DNA of 4,059 nt. Origin: a virus. Lineage: Duplodnaviria > Heunggongvirae > Uroviricota > Caudoviricetes. The number at the start of each line of letters is the position of its first letter. The stretch's first letter is position 1. Under the pieces are notes generated by a model. The model was not told where the DNA came from. It did not search any database and saw nothing but the letters and a program-made list of their open reading frames with translations. Shown here piece by piece: positions 1 to 4,059 of the stretch. Both the position numbers and the translations under genes were made by a program. The stretch is from the IMG/VR virus record IMGVR_UViG_2681813315_000026. One strand, 5' to 3'.

Positions 1-46
1 AGGTTGCTCCGGGCTATGAAATAGAAAAATGAATCCGTTGAAGCCT
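1..46. other. Host chromosomal flank, B arm of attL (bacterial side of the lambda attachment site)
   Basis: The bases immediately left of the core (GAAGCCTGC, ending at 46) match the E. coli attB left arm as I recall it (AGCCTGCTTTTTTATACTAA), not the phage P arm, which reads ...CGTTCAGCTTTTTTATACTAA. Recognition from memory, not searched. Confidence 0.6.
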
Positions 47-61
47 GCTTTTTTATACTAA
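47..61. other. attL common core (O) of the lambda site-specific recombination site
   Basis: Exact 15-bp core GCTTTTTTATACTAA read directly at 47-61, followed by GTTGGCATTATAAAAAAGC, which is characteristic of the phage P' side. Confidence 0.85.
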
Positions 62-140
62 GTTGGCATTATAAAAAAGCATTGCTTATCAATTTGTTGC
101 AACGAACAGGTCACTATCAGTCAAAATAAAATCATTATTT
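62..140. promoter_or_regulatory. attL P' arm with IHF site H' and Int arm-type binding sites
   Basis: TATCAATTTGTTG at 88-100 fits the IHF consensus WATCAANNNNTTR. Tandem arm-type Int sites AGGTCACTAT (108-117) and CAGTCAAAAT (118-127) are followed by a weaker third copy. The int stop codon (135-137) lies inside this arm, as in lambda. Confidence 0.7.
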
Positions 141-1205
141 GATTTCAATTTTGTCCCACTCCCTGCCTCTGTCATCACGATACTGTGATGCCATGGTGTC
201 CGACTTATGCCCGAGAAGATGTTGAGCAAACTTATCGCTTATCTGCTTCTCATAGAGTCTTGCAGACAAACTGCGCAACTCGTGAAAGGTAGGCGGATCC
301 CCTTCGAAGGAAAGACCTGATGCTTTTCGTGCGCGCATAAAATACCTTGATACTGTGCCGGATGAAAGCGGTTCACGACGAGTAGATGCAATTATGGTTT
401 CTCCGCCAAGAATCTCTTTGCATTTATCAAGTGTTTCCTTCATTGATATCCCGAGAGCATCAACATGCAATGTTGTAGGGATGGCAATTTTTACGCCTGT
501 TTTGCTTTGTTCGACATAAAGATATCCATCTACGATATCAGACCACTTCATTTCGCATAAATCACCAACTCGCTGCCCGGTAACAACAGCCAGTTCCATT
601 GCAAGTCTGAGCCAACATGGTGATGATTCTGCAGCTTGATAAATTTTCAGGTATTCGTCAGCCGTAAGTCTTGATCTCCTTACCTCTGATTTTGCTGCGC
701 GAGTGGCAGCGACCGGGTTTGTTGTTATATGGCCTTCAGCTATTGCCTCTCGGAATGCATCGCTCAGTGTTGATCTGATTAACTTGGCTGACGCCGCCTT
801 GCCCTCGTCTATGTATCCATTGAGCATTGCCGCAATTTCTTTTGTGGTGATGTCTTCAAGTGGAGCATCAGGCAGCCCCCTCCTTATTGCTTTAATTTTG
901 CTCATGTAATTTATGAGTGTCTTCTGCTTGATTCCTCTGCTGGCGAGGATTTTTTCGTAGCGATCAAGCCATGAATGTAACGTAACAGAATTATCACTGT
1001 TGATTCTCGCTGTCAGAGGCTTGTGTTTGTGTCCTGAAAATAACTCAATATTGGCCTGTATTGCTTCAGTGATTGCTATCCTCCTGTCTCGGCCTAAACC
1101 AAACTCTTTACCCGTCCTTGGGTCCCTGTAGCAGTAATATCCATTGTTTCTTATATAAAGGTTAGGGGGTAAATCCCGGCGCTCATGACTTCGCCTTCTT
1201 CCCAT
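135..1205 (-). CDS. int: Tyrosine site-specific integrase (lambda Int)
   Basis: 356-aa ORF whose translation I recognise as lambda Int along its whole length (N-terminal arm-binding MGRRRSHERRDLPPNLYIRNNGYYCYRDP, C-terminal catalytic region ending HELRSLSARLYEK...HLLGHKSDTMASQYRDDRGREWDKIEIK). It sits next to attL and its 5' end overlaps xis by 23 nt. Confidence 0.97.
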   Translation of the reverse strand: MGRRRSHERRDLPPNLYIRNNGYYCYRDPRTGKEFGLGRDRRIAITEAIQANIELFSGHKHKPLTARINSDNSVTLHSWLDRYEKILASRGIKQKTLINYMSKIKAIRRGLPDAPLEDITTKEIAAMLNGYIDEGKAASAKLIRSTLSDAFREAIAEGHITTNPVAATRAAKSEVRRSRLTADEYLKIYQAAESSPCWLRLAMELAVVTGQRVGDLCEMKWSDIVDGYLYVEQSKTGVKIAIPTTLHVDALGISMKETLDKCKEILGGETIIASTRREPLSSGTVSRYFMRARKASGLSFEGDPPTFHELRSLSARLYEKQISDKFAQHLLGHKSDTMASQYRDDRGREWDKIEIK

Positions 1206-1401
1206 TTCTGATCCTCTTCAAAAGGCTACCTGTTACTGGTCGATTTAAGTCAACCTTTACCGCTGATTCGTGGAACAGATACTCTCTTCCATCCTTAACC
1301 GGAGGAGGGAATATCCTGCATTCGCGCACCCATCGACGAACTGTTTCAAGGCTTCTTGGGCGTCGCTGGCGTGCGTTCCACTCCTGAAGTGTCAAGTACA
1401 T
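1183..1401 (-). CDS. xis: Excisionase (lambda Xis)
   Basis: 72-aa ORF MYLTLQEWNARQRRPRSLETVRRWVRECRIFPPPVKDGREYLFHESAVKV..., recognised as lambda Xis. Overlaps the int start by 23 nt as in lambda. Confidence 0.95.
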   Translation of the reverse strand: MYLTLQEWNARQRRPRSLETVRRWVRECRIFPPPVKDGREYLFHESAVKVDLNRPVTGSLLKRIRNGKKAKS

Positions 1402-1430
1402 CGCAAAGTCTCCGCAATTACACGCAAGAA
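1385..1430 (-). promoter_or_regulatory. pI promoter region with cII-binding TTGC-N6-TTGC repeat
   Basis: On the minus strand, TTGCGTGTAATTGCGGAGACTTTGCG ATG(xis): direct TTGC repeats spaced by 6 nt (plus coordinates 1414-1427) with a third TTGC at 1403-1406. This is the layout of cII-activated promoters, positioned so that transcripts start at or within the 5' end of xis and express int. Exact -10 and start site not determined. Confidence 0.65.
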
Positions 1431-1449
1431 AAAGCCGCCATCAGGCGGC
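1425..1449 (-). terminator. Candidate intrinsic terminator at the end of the 55-aa ORF
   Basis: Minus-strand GCCGCC-TGAT-GGCGGC (6-bp all-GC stem, 4-nt loop) immediately followed by TTTTTCTTG. The stop codon of the 55-aa ORF lies in the loop. The U-tract overlaps the cII site of pI. Confidence 0.5.
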
Positions 1450-1608
1450 TTGGTGTTCTTTCAGTTCTTCAATTCGAATATTGGTTATGTCTGCATGTGC
1501 TATCTGCGCCCATATCATCCAGTGGTCATAGCAGTCATTGATGTTCTCTGCTTCGATAACTCTGTTGAATGGTTCTCCATTCCATTCACCTGTGACTCGG
1601 AAGTGCAT
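1441..1608 (-). CDS. Hypothetical 55-aa protein (lambda orf55 equivalent)
   Basis: Not in the supplied ORF track (under 60 aa). ATG at 1608 to TGA at 1441 translates to MHFRVTGEWNGEPFNRVIEAENINDCYDHWMIWAQIAHADITNIRIEELKEHQAA. It starts 39 nt beyond xis, the spacing and size I recall for the annotated 55-codon ORF next to xis in lambda. Confidence 0.6.
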   Translation of the reverse strand: MHFRVTGEWNGEPFNRVIEAENINDCYDHWMIWAQIAHADITNIRIEELKEHQAA

Positions 1609-1646
1609 TTATCATCTCCATAAAACAAAACCCGCCGTAGCGAGTT

Positions 1647-1678
1647 CAGATAAAAGAAATCCTCGTCAGTGCGAGGAT
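1647..1678 (-). terminator. Weak candidate hairpin plus U-rich tract at the left edge of the AT-rich island
   Basis: Minus-strand ATCCTCG-CACTGA-CGAGGAT (7-bp stem, plus 1659-1678) followed by TTCTTTTATCTG. Could stop leftward transcription before it enters orf55/xis/int. Sequence-only call. Confidence 0.3.
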
Positions 1679-1825
1679 GCTGTTCATTGCTGCTATACAC
1701 TTTTTTGCTCTCAACGTAAGCGGTAGCTCATTCTGTTGGGTTGGTGCAGTTGCTTTTAGGAAATGCTATTTACCCCTTAAACGTCGGCTGAAAGAGCTAA
1801 AATCCATGCAAAAAATTTACGCAAT

Positions 1826-1838
1826 TTTGTGTATTATT
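1826..1838 (+). promoter_or_regulatory. Candidate extended -10 promoter element for the island ORF
   Basis: TGgTATTAT at 1829-1837 (TGn + TATTAT) in an AT-rich stretch upstream of the 200-aa ORF. A second TGcTATTTA lies at 1764-1772. No convincing -35 for either. Speculative. Confidence 0.25.
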
Positions 1839-1850
1839 GTGCAGTAAGTA

Positions 1851-2453
1851 ATGAGCTATTTTCTGCGCAAAAAATGGATGGTAAATTTGTCCGGGGCAGG
1901 AAAAATTTTATGGGCGCTAAACATGAAAAAAGATTCGTATCCTTATTTGATTTGCATGACAGTTTCAGGCCTGATCTTTATTTTCTTTTTCTTCTGGTGG
2001 CGGGCAGATATTTACAGGGTCACGTTTCTTAATCAGAGTATATCCCACTATTACATTCTGTTTAGCATGGGAATAGCTTTTCTGTTATCTCTGTTTTGGG
2101 TTAAGAAGGGGATAGTAAAACAAAGCGGCTGGAAGAGTCTGTCAGCATACCTTAAGGTTTATGCAGGGATGTGCATATTTGCTGGATTTTTTCTGATTAT
2201 ACCCCTTACAACACTAACTTATTTTTTGCCTGGAGAGACATCGTCTTATGTTGCACCGTATCGGTATACTTCCGGTAGTTCAAAAAGTTGTTCTGGAGCT
2301 GAGGTGGATGACCCCGATCTACATGAGAATATTCGCATTTGCTATCCGTATGGCAATTATGAGTACGATAATATTATCTATGTTGAAAAGAAAATTAATA
2401 CATTAGGTGCGGTAGTAACATATGCACAGACCGCGCGTGATGATACTGAATGA
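1851..2453 (+). CDS. Predicted integral membrane protein of unknown function (moron-type accessory gene), three TM helices plus a roughly 75-aa C-terminal domain
   Basis: 200-aa ORF on the strand opposite to every other gene here. Three long hydrophobic segments (YPYLICMTVSGLIFIFFFFWW; ISHYYILFSMGIAFLLSLFWV; VYAGMCIFAGFFLIIPLTTLTYFL) with basic residues in the presumed cytoplasmic loops (MKKDS, KKGIVKQSGWK). The C-terminal domain is acidic and Tyr-rich with two Cys. Local base composition is visibly AT-rich compared with int and exo. The start is uncertain: in-frame ATGs at 1851, 1878 and 1923, none with a strong SD; M at 1923 (MKKDSYPYL...) would give 176 aa. Confidence 0.6.
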   Translation: MSYFLRKKWMVNLSGAGKILWALNMKKDSYPYLICMTVSGLIFIFFFFWWRADIYRVTFLNQSISHYYILFSMGIAFLLSLFWVKKGIVKQSGWKSLSAYLKVYAGMCIFAGFFLIIPLTTLTYFLPGETSSYVAPYRYTSGSSKSCSGAEVDDPDLHENIRICYPYGNYEYDNIIYVEKKINTLGAVVTYAQTARDDTE

Positions 2454-2487
2454 GATAGTATATAGCGGGCAAGTTTTAGTTAATTTA

Positions 2488-2511
2488 TCGAGGTAATATA
2501 ATTTACCTCGA
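2488..2511. terminator. Perfect 9-bp inverted repeat between the convergent gene ends, possible terminator
   Basis: TCGAGGTAA (2488-2496), loop TATAAT, TTACCTCGA (2503-2511), 35 nt past the stop of the 200-aa ORF. Flanks are A/T-rich on both strands (plus side CTCGTTTATT), but there is no clean U-run. Confidence 0.4.
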
Positions 2512-2663
2512 CTCGTTTATTCTGGTATTAATATTTCGCTTTACGATCGATTTTTATCTGATGATATTATGCGGTTTTCATATACTGACTTACTGTCTTT
2601 TCTCCGTTAGCGATTTTCTCCTGCTCAGCGATGATTTTATCTTTGGCTTCTAGTTAATTTCGC

Positions 2664-2885
2664 TCACTTCGAACCTCTCTGTTTACTGATAAGTTCCAGA
2701 TCCTCCTGGCAACTTGCACAAGTCCGACAACCCTGAACGGCCAGGCGTCTTCGCTCATCTATGGGATCGCCACACTCACAACAATGAGTGGCAGATATAG
2801 CCTGGTGGTTCAGGCGGCGTATTTTTATTGCTGTGTTGCGCTGTAATTCTTCAATTTCTGATGCTGAATCAATGATGTCTGCCAT
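2664..2885 (-). CDS. TraR/DksA-family C4 zinc-finger protein (phage TraR-like, orf73-type)
   Basis: 73-aa ORF with the C-x2-C-x17-C-x2-C motif (CCECGDPIDERRRLAVQGCRTCASC). It aligns by eye with plasmid F TraR (CEACGNPIPEARRKIFPGVTLCVEC). Size and position match the TraR-like small protein reported for the exo-xis region of lambdoid phages. Confidence 0.85.
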   Translation of the reverse strand: MADIIDSASEIEELQRNTAIKIRRLNHQAISATHCCECGDPIDERRRLAVQGCRTCASCQEDLELISKQRGSK

Positions 2886-2937
2886 CTTCCATTAATCCCT
2901 GAATTGTTGGTTAATACGCTTGAGGGTGAATGCGAAC

Positions 2938-2962
2938 AATAAAAAAGGAGCCTGTAGCTCCC
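2938..2962 (-). terminator. Weak candidate intrinsic terminator between the 71-93 aa ORF and the TraR-like gene
   Basis: Minus-strand GGAGC-TACAG-GCTCC followed by TTTTTTATT. The stem is only 5 bp, so it is marginal. Confidence 0.3.
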
Positions 2963-2983
2963 TGATGATTTTGCTTTTCATGC

Positions 2984-3265
2984 TCACCGTTCCTTAAAGA
3001 CGCCGTTTAACATGCCGATCGCCAGGCTTAAATGAGTCGGTGTGAATCCCATCAGCGTTACCGTTTCGCGGTGCTTCTTCAGTACGCTACGGCAAATGTC
3101 ATCGACGTTTTTATCCGGAAACTGCTGTCTGGCTTTTTTGATTTCAGAATTAGCCTGACGGGCAATACTGCGAAGGGCGTTTTCTTGCTGAGGTGTCATT
3201 GAACAAGTCCCATGTCGGCAAGCATAAGCACACAGAATATGAAGCCCGCTGCCAGAAAAATGCAT
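2984..3265 (-). CDS. Hypothetical small protein in the exo-xis region (orf61 position), 93 aa from the first ATG or 71 aa from ATG at 3199
   Basis: ORF in the supplied track. The first ATG (3265) is 10 nt downstream of the orf63 stop and has no SD. The internal ATG at 3199 (MTPQQENALRSIARQ...) has GGGA 8 nt upstream. No motif recognised. It does not fit the lambda orf61 geometry as I recall it (61 aa overlapping orf63 by 20 nt): that frame gives only 9 codons here. Confidence 0.5.
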   Translation of the reverse strand: MHFSGSGLHILCAYACRHGTCSMTPQQENALRSIARQANSEIKKARQQFPDKNVDDICRSVLKKHRETVTLMGFTPTHLSLAIGMLNGVFKER

Positions 3266-3275
3266 TCAGTGGTTG

Positions 3276-3467
3276 TCATACCAGGTCTCTCTCATCTGCT
3301 TCTGCTTTCGCCACCATCATTTCCAGCTTTTGCGAAAGGGATGTGGCTAACGTATGAAATTCTTCGTCTGTTTCTACTGGTATTGGCACAAACCTGACTC
3401 CAATTTGAGCAAGGCTATGTGCCATCTCAATACTCGTTCTTAACTCAACAGGAGATGCTTTGTGCAT
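3276..3467 (-). CDS. orf63: Lambda Orf63-like small protein
   Basis: 63-aa ORF with a strong SD (GGGAGG 4-5 nt before the ATG). It overlaps the next gene by 28 nt. Size, overlap and position next to orf60a/exo match lambda orf63. Sequence identity not verified. Confidence 0.75.
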   Translation of the reverse strand: MHKASPVELRTSIEMAHSLAQIGVRFVPIPVETDEEFHTLATSLSQKLEMMVAKAEADERDLV

Positions 3468-3618
3468 ATCGCCTCCCGTTTATTATTTATCTCCTCAGCC
3501 AGCCGCTGGGCTTTCAGTGGATTTTGGATAACAGAAAGGCCGGGAAATACCCAGCCTCGCTTTGTAACGGAGTAGACGAAAGTGATCGCACCTACCCGGA
3601 TATTATCGTGAGGATGCG

Positions 3619-3622
<4 letters not shown>
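3440..3622 (-). CDS. orf60a: Lambda Orf60a-like small protein
   Basis: The ORF track starts at 3628 (MAMTHPHD..., 62 aa). Starting at the second Met (3622) gives 60 aa, with the ATG overlapping the exo stop as ATGA, which is the lambda arrangement. Confidence 0.7.

Positions 3623-4059
<437 letters not shown>

Noticed and set aside
1-140. Possibility that this is a free phage attP (P-O-P'), i.e. a virion or plasmid copy
   Set aside because: The bases left of the core match the bacterial B arm, not the phage P arm, and the Xis/Fis-binding P-arm sequence is absent. The junction reads as attL.
703-909. 68-aa plus-strand ORF inside int
   Set aside because: Entirely antisense to the well-supported int coding sequence; low-complexity translation; no start signals. 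Typical antisense artefact.
1270-1623. 117-aa plus-strand ORF, plus the nested 61-aa ORF at 1356-1541 and the 62-aa ORF at 1538-1726
   Set aside because: All are antisense to xis, the pI region and the 55-aa ORF, which are supported by the lambda-like arrangement. No SD or promoter evidence.
1515-1700. 61-aa minus-strand ORF with a GTG start overlapping the 55-aa ORF in another frame
   Set aside because: It overlaps the frame that reproduces the lambda spacing and size of the 55-codon ORF (ATG start, 39 nt from xis). I kept the 55-aa reading; the GTG-start frame is probably spurious.
1829-2032. 67-aa plus-strand ORF overlapping the start of the 200-aa membrane-protein gene
   Set aside because: Not called as a separate gene: its translation is unremarkable and it is nested in the longer ORF with convincing TM helices. 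Its internal ATG at 1910 does carry the best SD, so the frame relationship is kept as a finding.
2560-2652. 31-codon plus-strand ORF (MILCGFHILTYCLFSV...) in the convergent spacer
   Set aside because: No SD, very short, and in AT-rich non-coding-looking sequence. Insufficient support.

Overview
This window is the left end of a lambda-like (lambdoid) prophage integrated at the E. coli lambda attachment site. It opens in host DNA, crosses attL (B arm, 15-bp core GCTTTTTTATACTAA, P' arm with IHF and Int arm-type sites), then runs through a minus-strand block that matches phage lambda in order, sizes and overlaps: int (356 aa), xis (72 aa, 23-nt overlap with int), the cII-dependent pI promoter, and a 55-aa ORF. 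The right end is also lambda-like: a TraR/DksA-type C4 zinc-finger protein (73 aa), a 71-93 aa hypothetical, orf63, orf60a and the 3' part of exo, with the classic ATGA exo/orf60a overlap. Where lambda carries ea8.5 and ea22 (recalled from memory, not searched), there is instead an AT-rich island of about 1 kb (roughly 1610-2660). It holds a single 200-aa ORF on the opposite (+) strand, predicted to be an inner-membrane protein with three transmembrane helices and a Cys/Tyr-rich C-terminal domain, followed by a hairpin. This has the layout of a phage moron and is the most interesting element here: a candidate lysogenic-conversion, superinfection-exclusion or defence gene of unknown family. No tRNA, rRNA, CRISPR array or transposase is visible. 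All homology statements rest on recognition from memory, not on any search.
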